A stretch of 32,000 bases of DNA from assembly GCF_900232105.1 (NCBI RefSeq), contig NZ_LT934425.1, forward strand, positions 3,030,001 to 3,062,000. The letters run 5' to 3'. The stretch is from Candidatus Kuenenia stuttgartensis. Its GTDB lineage: Bacteria; Planctomycetota; Brocadiia; Brocadiales; Brocadiaceae. Made by a program: the position numbers and the translations under genes. The notes under the pieces are model-generated. The model ran no database searches, had not been told where the DNA came from, and saw only the letters and a program-made list of their open reading frames with translations. Below are positions 1 through 10,102 of this stretch, piece after piece (position 1 is the first letter of the stretch; every line of letters begins with the position of its first letter).

Positions 1-1
1 T

Positions 2-64
2 GTGAAGTATGCCGGAGAAGTAATAAGAAGAAAGGCTGGTAAGGCTATGTCTTCCGGTGGATAA
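2..64 (+). CDS. rplF: 50S ribosomal protein L6, C-terminal fragment (partial at window edge)
   Basis: Reads VKYAGEVIRRKAGKAMSSGG* directly upstream of rplR, matching the L6 C-terminus and operon position. Confidence 0.8.
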   Translation: MKYAGEVIRRKAGKAMSSGG

Positions 65-87
65 TGTTTTGGTTAAGGGTATAGATT

Positions 88-456
88 ATGGATCCAATTA
101 AAGAAAAAAGAAGAAAAAGAGCAGGGCGACATAAAAGAATCAGAAAGAAAGTGATAGGCAGTTGCGAAAGACCACGTTTGAGCGTTTATCGAAGTCTGAA
201 GAATATTTATTGTCAGATTATTGATGATAATGAGGGCAAGACACTAGTTGCAATTTCTACTTTAACGCCAGATGTTAGAGCAAGTATCGTATATGGTGGC
301 AACATAAAGGCGGCGGAGATCGTTGGTGAAAAACTGGCAGAACAGGCTATAAAGAAAGGTATTACAAAAGTAGTTTTTGATAAAGGTGGATATGCTTATC
401 ATGGAAGGGTTAAGGCTTTAGCGGAAAGTGCCAGAAAGAATAGTTTAAATTTTTAA
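88..456 (+). CDS. rplR: 50S ribosomal protein L18
   Basis: 122 aa, [20 protein letters not shown]...[28 protein letters not shown]; spc operon order. Confidence 0.96.
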   Translation: MDPIKEKRRKRAGRHKRIRKKVIGSCERPRLSVYRSLKNIYCQIIDDNEGKTLVAISTLTPDVRASIVYGGNIKAAEIVGEKLAEQAIKKGITKVVFDKGGYAYHGRVKALAESARKNSLNF

Positions 457-486
457 TTATTTGATAAGTCGAACAAGGAGATACAG

Positions 487-972
487 TTGGCGCAACCAGA
501 ACAACCGATTAATCTAGAAGAAACAGTTGTAAAAATTAACCGATGTACGACTGTAACCAAGGGTGGAAAGTCGATGAGCTTTAGTTCTCTTGTTGTTGTT
601 GGAAATAAGGCGGGGAGTGTCGGTATCGGCTTTGGAAAAGCGCGTGAGGTACCAAACGCGGTAAATAAGGCCGTCAAGGAAGCGAAAAAACAGCTATTTA
701 AAATAAATTTAAAGGGCGACACGATACCACACGAGATAATGGGACGTTACAAGGCTGCCAGAGTATTCATGAAGCCCGCTTCACCAGGTACAGGTATTAA
801 AGCTGGTGCGCCTGCAAGAGCAGTTCTGGAATATGTGGGAGTAAGAAATATCTTGACTAAATGTTATGGCAAAAGGAATCCACTTAATGTCGTTAAGGCT
901 ACATTAAACGGTTTGAGATCCCTAAAAACAAAAGAAGAAGTTGAAGAACTACGGGGAGTAAGGATAGAATGA
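487..972 (+). CDS. rpsE: 30S ribosomal protein S5
   Basis: 161 aa with S5 motifs RCTTVTKGGKSMSFSSLVVVGNKAGSVGIGFGKAREVPNAV. Confidence 0.97.
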   Translation: MAQPEQPINLEETVVKINRCTTVTKGGKSMSFSSLVVVGNKAGSVGIGFGKAREVPNAVNKAVKEAKKQLFKINLKGDTIPHEIMGRYKAARVFMKPASPGTGIKAGAPARAVLEYVGVRNILTKCYGKRNPLNVVKATLNGLRSLKTKEEVEELRGVRIE

Positions 973-1412
973 ATCTTTTTGATTTAAATGCGGTTCCAAT
1001 AAAGAGGAAACGTAAGAAAAGGGTAGGGCGAGGAATTGGGTCCGGTTGGGGAAAAACTGCAGGTCGTGGAGCAAAAGGAGCTTCTTCGAGATCTGGCTTC
1101 AGCATGAAAAAATTGTTTGAGGGTGGACAAACACCTCTTTTCCGCCGATTACCAAAACGTGGTTTCAACAACATATTTAAAAAAGAATATAACATTGTAA
1201 ATTTAAAGGACATTGCACATTTTGGCAGTGGTGATATAGTAACGATTGCTATACTGAAGGAATCTGGGATAATTAAAAAAATAGGTGTAGGAGTGAAGGT
1301 GTTGGGTGAGGGCGAGTTAAAAAATTCAATTACAGTTGAAGCGCACAAATTTAGCAAAGTCGCAATGAAAAAGATTAAAGCGGCAGGCGGAGAGGCTAAA
1401 ATAATTTCATGA
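969..1412 (+). CDS. rplO: 50S ribosomal protein L15
   Basis: KRKKRVGRGIGSGWGKTAGRGAKGASSRSG...FEGGQTPLFRRLPKRGF; overlaps rpsE stop. Confidence 0.97.
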   Translation: MNLFDLNAVPIKRKRKKRVGRGIGSGWGKTAGRGAKGASSRSGFSMKKLFEGGQTPLFRRLPKRGFNNIFKKEYNIVNLKDIAHFGSGDIVTIAILKESGIIKKIGVGVKVLGEGELKNSITVEAHKFSKVAMKKIKAAGGEAKIIS

Positions 1413-2791
1413 TTGAACAATTTGGAAATGTTTTTCGCATACCTGAGTTACGTAAAAAAGTTCTAATCACACTTGGTTTAATAGCATTGTGTCGGGTAGG
1501 TGTTTATTTACCCATACCCGGTATCGATACTACTGTATTAAAATCGTATTTTAATCAGTTTTCACAGTCCGGAATTGGGCAATTATTAGGAATGGTAGAC
1601 ATGTTTGCAGGCGGTGCCATGTCTTCCGGTGCTATTTTTGGACTAGGAGTGATGCCTTACATCAGTGCCTCTATCATCTTTCAGTTGTTAGTTGGTGTGG
1701 TTCCTTATTTAGAACGGCTACAGAAAGAGGGTGAGGTAGGCAGGAAGAAAATTAATCAATATACACGGATTGCAACCGTAGGTTTGTGTCTTTTCCAAGC
1801 TTTTGTGATGACGAGAACACTTTACACTGTCGAGTTTAATGGAGTTCCAGTTATACCAGTATATTTACAGGGCGTTAGTTTTCAGTTAATGGCGGCAATT
1901 TTACTAACAACTGGCACTATGATCTTGATGTGGATCGGGGAGCAGATAGAAGAGCACGGGATCGGTAGTGGTATATCGATAGTTATTATGGTTGGGATTA
2001 TTGAGCGCCTGCCTTGGGCTTTTAACCAAATAGTACAGAACTTTACATTTTCTGTAGCTCCGGCAGAACATCAGATTGGAATCGTTAAACTTTTAATATT
2101 GTTGGGTATGTTTTTCGCCATTGTAGGTGGTGTTGTCTATATAACGCAAGGGCAAAGGCGTATTCCTATACAACAAGCTAAGCATACGCGTGGTAGGAGG
2201 GTGTACGGTGGACAAAGACACTTCTTACCGCTAAGAGTGAATCAAGCTGGCGTGATGCCAATAATATTTGCGCAATCATTGTTGATTTTCCCTGCTGCAA
2301 TCATGCAAGGTATACAGATACGGTTTGAACCCGGGAGCGTTGGTTATTGGATAACCTCGCGCTTATCGGGTATTTTGCAAGAAGGTGTTTTATACGTTAT
2401 GTTGTATATTTTACTAATTACTTTTTTTTGTTATTTTTGGACGGCTATCCAATTTAACCCAAGAGAAATGTCCAATAATATGAAAGATTATGGCAGCTTT
2501 ATTCCCGGGATTAGACCGGGGCATAGAACTGCAGAATATCTTGAGAGTATTATGGGCAAGATAACACTTGCAGGTGCTGCCTTTTTATCTTTAATTGCTA
2601 TTCTTCCGAAGTTGGTAGCAGGAGGCTTTGAACTTAACAGGGCTATTGCTGGATTTTATGGAGGCACTGGATTACTGATAATTGTTGGTGTTGCATTGGA
2701 TATGGTGCAAAGAATCGAATCGCATATGATAATGAGGCAATATAGTGGCTTTCTTAGCGGTGGTACACGAATTAGAGGTAGGATGGGATGA
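1409..2791 (+). CDS. secY: Preprotein translocase subunit SecY
   Basis: 460 aa multi-spanning protein with SecY signatures (GVYLPIPGID, LGVMPYISASI, GGTGLLIIVGVALD). Confidence 0.98.
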   Translation: MIEQFGNVFRIPELRKKVLITLGLIALCRVGVYLPIPGIDTTVLKSYFNQFSQSGIGQLLGMVDMFAGGAMSSGAIFGLGVMPYISASIIFQLLVGVVPYLERLQKEGEVGRKKINQYTRIATVGLCLFQAFVMTRTLYTVEFNGVPVIPVYLQGVSFQLMAAILLTTGTMILMWIGEQIEEHGIGSGISIVIMVGIIERLPWAFNQIVQNFTFSVAPAEHQIGIVKLLILLGMFFAIVGGVVYITQGQRRIPIQQAKHTRGRRVYGGQRHFLPLRVNQAGVMPIIFAQSLLIFPAAIMQGIQIRFEPGSVGYWITSRLSGILQEGVLYVMLYILLITFFCYFWTAIQFNPREMSNNMKDYGSFIPGIRPGHRTAEYLESIMGKITLAGAAFLSLIAILPKLVAGGFELNRAIAGFYGGTGLLIIVGVALDMVQRIESHMIMRQYSGFLSGGTRIRGRMG

Positions 2792-3465
2792 GGATCGTAT
2801 TTTTAGGTCCTCCAGGTGCAGGTAAAGGAACTCAAGCGGAAACAATTAGTAAGATTGAGAATATTCCTCATATTTCTTCAGGGAATTTATTACGCGAAGC
2901 TATTGAGGCCGGAACTGAGACAGGTGCTAAGGCTCGTTTTTATATAGAGAAAGGCATATTAGTACCAGATCAAGTTGTTGTGGGAATTGTTGTAGATAGA
3001 ATTTTAAAGCATGATTGTGAAAATGGTTTTGTTTTGGATGGTTTTCCAAGGACACTTTCTCAAGCAAAAGTGCTTGACGAAATGTTAAAAACACTTGGAG
3101 ATAGTCTTGACATTGTTTTTTATTTTATTGTCTCTGAGCAGACGGTTATTGATAGATTGTCTGGTAGGATGATTTGTAGTGTGTGCGGTGCGAATTATCA
3201 CATAAAATTAGTGCCACCGCTAAAAAATGGTATTTGTGATAAGTGTGGCGGGAAATTACTTCAAAGGGCCGATGATAAACCAGAAACAATTATAGAAAGA
3301 CTTAAAGTTTATCGTGAACAAACGGCAGACCTAGTTGAATATTATAAGAAAAATAAGATATTAAGGGAAATAATTAGTGACTTGAGAATAGAAGTGATCT
3401 CAAAGACTATCGCTGATATCATAAATCAAGAGTGCAAGAAGCAAAAAAAGACAATGGCCGGGTAA
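2788..3465 (+). CDS. adk: Adenylate kinase, zinc-lid type
   Basis: FLGPPGAGKGTQA P-loop, DGFPRT motif, four-Cys lid CSVCGANYH...CDKCGG. Confidence 0.96.
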   Translation: MRIVFLGPPGAGKGTQAETISKIENIPHISSGNLLREAIEAGTETGAKARFYIEKGILVPDQVVVGIVVDRILKHDCENGFVLDGFPRTLSQAKVLDEMLKTLGDSLDIVFYFIVSEQTVIDRLSGRMICSVCGANYHIKLVPPLKNGICDKCGGKLLQRADDKPETIIERLKVYREQTADLVEYYKKNKILREIISDLRIEVISKTIADIINQECKKQKKTMAG

Positions 3466-4223
3466 CAAAGGTGATAGTGCGCAAATCTCCACGTGAAATA
3501 GAAATAATGCGAAGTGCTGGAAAGATAACGGCAGAAGCGCTAAGACTGGCGAGAGAACTCACTAAAATAGGTATAACAACAGATTATTTAAATGAAGAAA
3601 TAGAGAAATTCATTATAAGTAAAGATGCGGTACCTGTTTTTAAAGGCTATAGAGGGTTCCCTAAGAGCATATGCACTTCAATAAATGAAGAAGTTGTTCA
3701 TGGTATACCTAGCCAAAGAAGATTAGACGAAGGTGATATTTTAAGCATAGATGTTGGTGTCCGTTATCGTAAATATGTTGCAGATGCTGCACTGACAATA
3801 CCCGTTGGGATTATTTCTGAGGAAGCTGAAAGACTTTTAGATGTGTGTGAAAAATCGTTATATTTGGCCATAAGTGTGATCAAGTCACATGAAAAGTTGT
3901 CATTGATTTCGCGAACAATACAAGAGTTTGTTGAGGAAAACGGTTATTCAGTTGTAAGAGATTATACTGGTCACGGCATTGGTAGAAGCATGCATGAAGA
4001 TCCACAAGTACCTAATTTTGTTAGTAAGTCGCTTTTAGAATATGATGAAATATTAATGCCTGGCGTGACTATTGCAATAGAGCCTATGATTTGTGTTGGA
4101 AAGCCAGGTACGAAGGTGTTGAATAATAGGTGGGTCGTCGTGACAAAAGATGGAGAATTATCAGCCCATTTTGAACATACGGTCGTAGTTACGGAAAATG
4201 GGGCTGAAATTCTAACGCTGTAG
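3432..4223 (+). CDS. map: Methionine aminopeptidase type I; true start probably downstream, near GTG 3470
   Basis: MRSAGKITAEALRLA...EEVVHGIPSQRRLDEGDILSIDVGV...GHGIGRSMHEDPQVPNF. Confidence 0.95.
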   Translation: MQEAKKDNGRVTKVIVRKSPREIEIMRSAGKITAEALRLARELTKIGITTDYLNEEIEKFIISKDAVPVFKGYRGFPKSICTSINEEVVHGIPSQRRLDEGDILSIDVGVRYRKYVADAALTIPVGIISEEAERLLDVCEKSLYLAISVIKSHEKLSLISRTIQEFVEENGYSVVRDYTGHGIGRSMHEDPQVPNFVSKSLLEYDEILMPGVTIAIEPMICVGKPGTKVLNNRWVVVTKDGELSAHFEHTVVVTENGAEILTL

Positions 4224-4244
4224 AAATTTTTTTATTTATATAAT

Positions 4245-4463
4245 ATGGCAAAAGAAGAACCGATTCGTGTGGAAGCAGTTGTAAAGGAATCTCTTCCCAA
4301 TGCAATGTTTAGGGTAGAGTTGCAAAATGGACATAAGATACTTGCGCATGTTTCTGGTAAAATGCGCATGCACTTTATTAAAATATTGCCTGGTGATAAA
4401 GTGACTGTTGAGATGTCTCCATATGATCTTGATAAAGGTAGGATAATTTATAGGCAAGTTTAA
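4245..4463 (+). CDS. infA: Translation initiation factor IF-1
   Basis: 72 aa [45 protein letters not shown]. Confidence 0.97.
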   Translation: MAKEEPIRVEAVVKESLPNAMFRVELQNGHKILAHVSGKMRMHFIKILPGDKVTVEMSPYDLDKGRIIYRQV

Positions 4464-4504
4464 AAGATTCGGCATATTTTAATTATTATTTAGAGAAGGC
4501 CACC

Positions 4505-4618
4505 ATGAAAGTTAGAACTTCGGTGAAGAGAATTTGCGAAAACTGTAAAATAATAAGAAGAAAAAATGTAGTTCGTGTAATTTGTTTGAATCCTCGGCAC
4601 AAGCAGAGGCAAGGATAG
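4505..4618 (+). CDS. rpmJ: 50S ribosomal protein L36 (not in supplied ORF track)
   Basis: Direct translation [37 protein letters not shown], 37 aa with zinc-type Cys/His pattern between infA and rpsM. Confidence 0.95.
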   Translation: MKVRTSVKRICENCKIIRRKNVVRVICLNPRHKQRQG

Positions 4619-4648
4619 TTTTTGTGATTTCTAGAAAGGAATCTATTA

Positions 4649-5032
4649 ATGCCTAGAATTGCAGGTACAGATATTCCCGCAGATAAAAGAATAGTTGTTG
4701 CGTTAACATATTTTTACGGTATTGGGGGTGCTCTATCTAAGAAAATATTAAGAGAACTTAACATAGATGAAAATGTGCGCGCTAAGGATCTTCATGAAGA
4801 CCAGCTTAGTATTTTAGGCGCTCATATCGGGAAAAATTATAACGTAGAAGGTCAATTACGTAGACAAGAATTACAGAATATTTCACGTTTGAGAAGCATA
4901 AGTTGTTACCGTGGAATGCGTCATCGAATTGGATTGCCGGTGAGAGGTCAAAGGACAAAAACAAACGCTCGAACTCGAAAGGGGCGAAAGAAAACTGTAG
5001 CGGGCAAAAAGGGAGTTAAAGAAATGAGGTAA
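4649..5032 (+). CDS. rpsM: 30S ribosomal protein S13
   Basis: MPRIAGTDIPADKRIVVALTYFYGIG...RGMRHRIGLPVRGQRTKTNARTRKG. Confidence 0.97.
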   Translation: MPRIAGTDIPADKRIVVALTYFYGIGGALSKKILRELNIDENVRAKDLHEDQLSILGAHIGKNYNVEGQLRRQELQNISRLRSISCYRGMRHRIGLPVRGQRTKTNARTRKGRKKTVAGKKGVKEMR

Positions 5033-5096
5033 CCTTTTGTATTCTGAACTATCTAATAAATTTTTGATATGTAATTATGAATTTTAAAAGGTTAAG

Positions 5097-5933
5097 ATGG
5101 AAAAAAAAGAAATAATTGCAGCATTAATGACAGCTAATGTGAATTTTTTAAATGCTCTCGGATTGAATATAGATGTTTCAATTAGCAGAGAAAACAAGAA
5201 GTTTAATGAAGTCGTAGGATTCTGTGAACAAGTTATAACAATAATCGAAACCTTCTATAAAGAAAAAAAAGAAATTGTATTTCTTGACTGTTCTTGTGGT
5301 AAATCTTATTTGTCGTTTGTCTTGAATTATGTACTTTCAAATGTCTTTGCTTTAAATACATATTTCTATGCGGTCGATAAGAATACGGCAATAATAGAAA
5401 AATGCGAGAGGATCAATAGCCTTCTCGGATTTAAAAATATGTGTTTTATAAATGCTAAAACAATTGATGTTCTACCAGAAAAATCTGTCGATTTTGTTAT
5501 TGCACTTCATGCTTGTGATGTCGCTACGGATGAAACTATTGCAAAAGCAATTAAAATAAAATCCAGGCATATTCTGGTAGTACCCTGTTGTGAAAATAAT
5601 ATTAGAAATCGGCTTAAAGAAGGACATCCGTTGGTGGATATAACGGATTTTGGCTTATTGAGATATCGGTTTGCAAGTATCCTTACCGAAGCATTAAGAG
5701 CACAGTTTTTAGCTGGAGCAGGTTATAGTGTTAAGCTCGTTGAGATCGTATCCCCAAAATATACGCCAAAAAACCTGATGATCATAGCAAAAAGAAAAAA
5801 AAGAAATAAAAAATACAATATGAATAAGTTTCAGAAATTAGATGAGATGTTTAATACTGACTTTGCCTTGCAAAGTTTTTTTGCCGATACAGGTTCAAAT
5901 CGAAGTGAATGTTATAAGGCAATATGTGGGTGA
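5097..5933 (+). CDS. SAM-dependent methyltransferase-like protein (Methyltransf_32-like)
   Basis: 278 aa with FLDCSCGKSYLSFVLNYVL glycine-rich region and VIALHACDVATDETIAKAI...VPCCENNIR. Confidence 0.7.
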   Translation: MEKKEIIAALMTANVNFLNALGLNIDVSISRENKKFNEVVGFCEQVITIIETFYKEKKEIVFLDCSCGKSYLSFVLNYVLSNVFALNTYFYAVDKNTAIIEKCERINSLLGFKNMCFINAKTIDVLPEKSVDFVIALHACDVATDETIAKAIKIKSRHILVVPCCENNIRNRLKEGHPLVDITDFGLLRYRFASILTEALRAQFLAGAGYSVKLVEIVSPKYTPKNLMIIAKRKKRNKKYNMNKFQKLDEMFNTDFALQSFFADTGSNRSECYKAICG

Positions 5934-6222
5934 TATATTGTAATATACTGTAAGGGTTTGCAAACATGGACTTCTATGTTTACTCATAACTTTTATTTTT
6001 ATAACTGGTTATAGCATTTGAAAAATCTTATTTTGTGAACTCCTTGAGTATCGTTAATCTGTTCGTTTTGCGGTATACTGATAAGCTCATAAAAAATATA
6101 ATAGTTTTATAAAAGTGTTTGTATGACATTATAAGCTGTAATTAAAGTTAAAAAAAAGTGTTACTATGTTTTTTGTGTACTAAACACAATAACCAGGATG
6201 ATTTTGATTGATGAGGTGAAAT

Positions 6223-6600
6223 ATGTCTAAAACTAGCAAAAAAATTAGGCGCAATGTTACAAGAGCTATCGCAAATATTAAAGCTACATTTAATAATACT
6301 TATGTGACAATAGCAGATGTTAATGGTGAGACAATTTGCTGGGCAAGTGCTGGTACCGCAGGTTATAAAGGATCCCGGAAAAGCACCCCTTTTGCAGCTC
6401 AAAAAGCAGCGACAAGTGCTGCTGAAAAAGCACAGAAATATGGAATACAAGAAATAGAAATAAGAGTTAAGGGGCCTGGGCCTGGCAGAGAATCTGCTAT
6501 CACGGCCCTTCAAGCCGCAGGATTGAGTGTAAAAGCGATAGAAGATGTTACGCCTCTTCCACATAATGGTTGCAGACCCCGTAAAAAGCGCAGGGTGTAA
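6223..6600 (+). CDS. rpsK: 30S ribosomal protein S11
   Basis: [34 protein letters not shown]...[18 protein letters not shown]...[12 protein letters not shown]. Confidence 0.97.
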   Translation: MSKTSKKIRRNVTRAIANIKATFNNTYVTIADVNGETICWASAGTAGYKGSRKSTPFAAQKAATSAAEKAQKYGIQEIEIRVKGPGPGRESAITALQAAGLSVKAIEDVTPLPHNGCRPRKKRRV

Positions 6601-6634
6601 AATAAATACAAATGTAGTTCTGGAAAGGAAAGAT

Positions 6635-7261
6635 ATGGCGAGATATGTAGGACCGCAGTGTAGGTTGTGTCGAAGAGAAGGTGAAAAACTGTTTTTGAAA
6701 GGATTTCGTTGTGAAACGGCTAAGTGTGCGATAACAAAGCGAAAATATCCTCCTGGACAATTTTCATGGGGAAGAGGAAAACTTTCGAAGTATGGTATCC
6801 AGTTCCGGGAAAAACAAAAAGTGAAACGTTTTTATGGTGTTTTAGAAAGACAGTTCCGGAATTACTTTAGAAAAGCGGAAAAACAAAAAGGGAATACTGG
6901 TGATAATCTATTAGTAATGTTGGAACGAAGGTTGGATAATGTTGTACATTTACTAACATTTGCACATTCAAGGAAAAGCGCCAGACAGCTTATTTTACAT
7001 GGCAATGTAACGGTCAATGATAAAAAAGTTGATATCGCCTCTTTTTTAGTAAAAGTTGGTGATGTGATAAGGCCAAAAAATAGCGAAAGAAGTCGGAAGC
7101 TTGTTCAGGATAACGCGGAAGCTTTAAAATCCAGAAAAATATCCTCTTGGTTAGAATTTCGGCAGGGTGCATTGGAAGGTGTGGTGACACAACTTCCAAA
7201 CAGAGATGATATTTCTGTTTCCGTGCAGGAACAGTTAATAATCGAACTTTGCTCAAAATAA
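6635..7261 (+). CDS. rpsD: 30S ribosomal protein S4; start trimmed from ORF-track 6545
   Basis: MARYVGPQCRLCRREGEKLFLKG...KYGIQFREKQKVKRFYG...LERRLDNVVH; Met at 6635 follows a purine-rich RBS. Confidence 0.96.
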   Translation: MARYVGPQCRLCRREGEKLFLKGFRCETAKCAITKRKYPPGQFSWGRGKLSKYGIQFREKQKVKRFYGVLERQFRNYFRKAEKQKGNTGDNLLVMLERRLDNVVHLLTFAHSRKSARQLILHGNVTVNDKKVDIASFLVKVGDVIRPKNSERSRKLVQDNAEALKSRKISSWLEFRQGALEGVVTQLPNRDDISVSVQEQLIIELCSK

Positions 7262-7407
7262 TCTTTTTAGCCGGATCATTCCACAATAATAAGAGTTGTC
7301 ATTGTAGTCGTCAATTGAATTTGTAATCCCGCAAACATTCGTAAGAAAATTACTTACGTCAAATTTATTTTTATAAATTCCCTTATAAATAGATTAGGGA
7401 GGAAAAT

Positions 7408-8424
7408 ATGCGAATAAGGTGGAGAGGTCTTGAACTACCAGTACGAGTAGATGTTGAAAATGAAACTTTGACCGACAGGTATGGTAAGTTCATAGCAGCC
7501 CCTTTCGAACGTGGTTTTGGTCACACAATAGGAAATAGTCTACGAAGAATTTTGTTGTCTTCTTTAGAAGGTAGCGCTGTTGTTTCAGTTAAAATTGAAG
7601 GGGTGGCGCATGAATTTACCAATGTACCAGGTGTAATAGAAGATGTTGCTGATATAATCCTGAATATCAAAAATTTGATTGTCAAAATGCATTCTGATCA
7701 GCCGAAGATTATAAAAATTGAGGCTAATAAAAAAGGTAAAGTTACCGGCAAAGATATTATTACTGACGAAAACGTGGAAGTTGTTAATGATGATTTACAT
7801 ATAGCAACACTTTCAGAGGATATGGCTTTTAATGTTGAAATGGAAGTGAGAAAAGGTCGCGGGTATGTAACTGCTGATGAAAATGAAGCTGAGGATCAAG
7901 AGATTGGTTTGATATCTGTAGATTCTTTTTTTTCTCCTGTCAGAAATGTACGGTATGTCACTGAGGAGACACGTGTTGGAAGACGAACAAATTATGACAG
8001 ACTTATTTTAGAGATTTGGACGAATGGTACTGTTACTCCCGAGATGGCTTTGGTTGAAGCCGCAATGATTACTCGAAAGCATTTGAATCCGTTTATACAA
8101 TACTTCGAAATAGGCAGAGAATTACAACAAATCGAAAAAAATATGAGTGCTGAGTGCATATCTGACATGTCTTCTGAAGAATTTAATAGGACTTTGAGCA
8201 TGCCGATTGCGGAATTAGATTTATCGGTGCGAGCTTCTAATTGTTTAGAGACTGTTAATATCGTAACGGTAGGTGATCTTGTTGTTAAAACAGAGGACGA
8301 TCTTTTACAGATAAAGAATTTCGGAAAAACCACGATGAAGGAATTAAAGAAAAAACTAAGTCAGTTAAATTTAGCTATTGGGATGCCATTGGAAATAAAA
8401 CGAATGGAAAAGGGAAAAGGTTGA
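7408..8424 (+). CDS. rpoA: DNA-directed RNA polymerase subunit alpha
   Basis: FERGFGHTIGNSLRRILLSSLEGSAV N-terminal and C-terminal helix-hairpin domain (LLQIKNFGKTTMKELKKKLSQLNL). Confidence 0.98.
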   Translation: MRIRWRGLELPVRVDVENETLTDRYGKFIAAPFERGFGHTIGNSLRRILLSSLEGSAVVSVKIEGVAHEFTNVPGVIEDVADIILNIKNLIVKMHSDQPKIIKIEANKKGKVTGKDIITDENVEVVNDDLHIATLSEDMAFNVEMEVRKGRGYVTADENEAEDQEIGLISVDSFFSPVRNVRYVTEETRVGRRTNYDRLILEIWTNGTVTPEMALVEAAMITRKHLNPFIQYFEIGRELQQIEKNMSAECISDMSSEEFNRTLSMPIAELDLSVRASNCLETVNIVTVGDLVVKTEDDLLQIKNFGKTTMKELKKKLSQLNLAIGMPLEIKRMEKGKG

Positions 8425-8428
8425 TACA

Positions 8429-9004
8429 ATGAGACATGGAAAGAGAGGCAGGCATTTATCTAGAACTTCCGCTCACAGAAAGGCATTGAGGCAGAATATC
8501 GCAAATAGCCTTTTTATTCACGGAAGAATAGTTACAACTGTTGAAAAAGCAAAGGAGACAAGATCTTTTGTTGAAAAGATAATCACCATAGCTAAAAAAG
8601 GATTGGACAAAAAAGAGAGCGACAGGCCAGGCTATGTACACTGTTATCGACAGGTTCTTTCTAGATTGAAAAATGTCGATATTGTAAAAAAGATTTTTGG
8701 AGAAGGAGATTGGCGCGAGAGTGAGGGTATTGCAAAAAGATTTACAAACAGGAATGGTGGATATACACGTATATTGAAATTGTCAGGTACACGCTTAGGA
8801 GTTCTTTCTGGGAGCAGTGTTGGTAAGATACCAGAGCTTGAATATTCTATGGGTGGAATATGTAGAAAATTAAGGTTGTTGGGAAGAAGGCTTAATGATA
8901 ATGCATCCCTTGCTATTTTTGAGTTGGTAGAAACTGAAACAGATGTAAACAACTCAGAAGAGATTAAACCCAAAGTTGCCACCTCTTCGCTTAAAAACTT
9001 CTGA
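8429..9004 (+). CDS. rplQ: 50S ribosomal protein L17
   Basis: MRHGKRGRHLSRTSAHRKALRQNIANSLFIHGRIVTTVEKAKE. Confidence 0.97.
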   Translation: MRHGKRGRHLSRTSAHRKALRQNIANSLFIHGRIVTTVEKAKETRSFVEKIITIAKKGLDKKESDRPGYVHCYRQVLSRLKNVDIVKKIFGEGDWRESEGIAKRFTNRNGGYTRILKLSGTRLGVLSGSSVGKIPELEYSMGGICRKLRLLGRRLNDNASLAIFELVETETDVNNSEEIKPKVATSSLKNF

Positions 9005-9015
9005 TTTTTTCTGAT

Positions 9016-9648
9016 ATGCCTTTGTTTATGTGGGTAGAAAGTTCAATACCAGGAGTGATTTTTTCCAGGAAGCGTTTTGTCCTTGCTTCAAATTCACCGC
9101 AAAGGATCAAATTGTTAAAATTGATGAGGTTATCTTTTGACGTGGTACCTCACGGAGTCGAAGAAAGCCTTTATAACAAACGATTACCACCGGACGTACT
9201 TGTTCAATATCTTGCATCGTTAAAGGCAGGTAGTGTCGCTAAAGGGTTGAAAGACGTGTTTATCATTGGAGCAGATACGGTTGTTTTGCATAACAATGAG
9301 GTTTATGGCAAACCAAAAGATGAAGATGATGCGCGAAGAATGCTTTTTTTATTAAATAATTCGGTTCATGAAGTATTTTCCGGACTCTGTATTAAAGAAC
9401 TGCCGTCTGAAAATGAATATGTAGGTGTTGCACTGACCAAGATAAAAATGAAGAATGTTTCGGTATATGAACTTGAAAGTTACGTGCAATCAGGAGAGCC
9501 AATGGGAAAAGCCGGTGCTTATGCTGTCCAGGGAGCGGGCAGAAGGTTTATTGATAGAATAGATGGAAGTTATTCAAATGTTGTTGGTTTACCGCTAGAG
9601 TTATTGTATAAAATGCTTAATGATTTTGTAAATAATGAATATTCCTAG
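9016..9648 (+). CDS. maf: Maf-like nucleoside triphosphate pyrophosphatase
   Basis: FVLASNSPQRIKLLKLM...VFIIGADTVVLHNNEVYGKPKDEDDARRML...GKAGAYAVQGAGRRFIDRIDGSYSNVVGLPL. Confidence 0.93.
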   Translation: MPLFMWVESSIPGVIFSRKRFVLASNSPQRIKLLKLMRLSFDVVPHGVEESLYNKRLPPDVLVQYLASLKAGSVAKGLKDVFIIGADTVVLHNNEVYGKPKDEDDARRMLFLLNNSVHEVFSGLCIKELPSENEYVGVALTKIKMKNVSVYELESYVQSGEPMGKAGAYAVQGAGRRFIDRIDGSYSNVVGLPLELLYKMLNDFVNNEYS

Positions 9649-10102
9649 AAATTTTAGTTGGTTATTAAAAGGTGAAATTGCTGGTATGGCTAGACCCATA
9701 TCTGTAGTATCTGATTTTGAATTTCTTAGGGAAAATGGTATTGATGTTATAGTTACTTTGTCAGAGTGGCCACTTCATAAAATATTATTAGAGGAATTTG
9801 GTTTTGTCAACAAGCATATCCCCATTGCAGACCTTACCCCACCTACACAAGAACAGATAGAAGAATTTATTTTTTTTGTAAATGAAGCTGTGTCTTCTAG
9901 TAAAAAAGTGGTTGTACATTGTGATGCAGGAATTGGGAGGACTGGTACTATGCTGGCATGTTACCTTGTAAATAAAGGATTTAGCGCAATAGATGCTATT
10001 GTAGAAGTTCGCAAAAAGAGACCGGGTTCTATTGAGACTGCTGCACAGGAAGAAACTGTATCAAAATACGAGAAAAGACTTTCTAAAAAGATTAAGAAAT
10101 AG
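9635..10102 (+). CDS. Dual-specificity / tyrosine-type protein phosphatase-like protein
   Basis: CX5R P-loop VVHCDAGIGRTGTMLACYLV in a 155 aa ORF. Confidence 0.88.
   Translation: MNIPRNFSWLLKGEIAGMARPISVVSDFEFLRENGIDVIVTLSEWPLHKILLEEFGFVNKHIPIADLTPPTQEQIEEFIFFVNEAVSSSKKVVVHCDAGIGRTGTMLACYLVNKGFSAIDAIVEVRKKRPGSIETAAQEETVSKYEKRLSKKIKK

Noticed and set aside
899-1420. Minus-strand 173 aa ORF over rplO
   Set aside because: Antisense to a certain ribosomal protein gene; no recognisable domain.
7992-8333. Minus-strand ORF within rpoA
   Set aside because: Antisense to a confident rpoA; no independent support.
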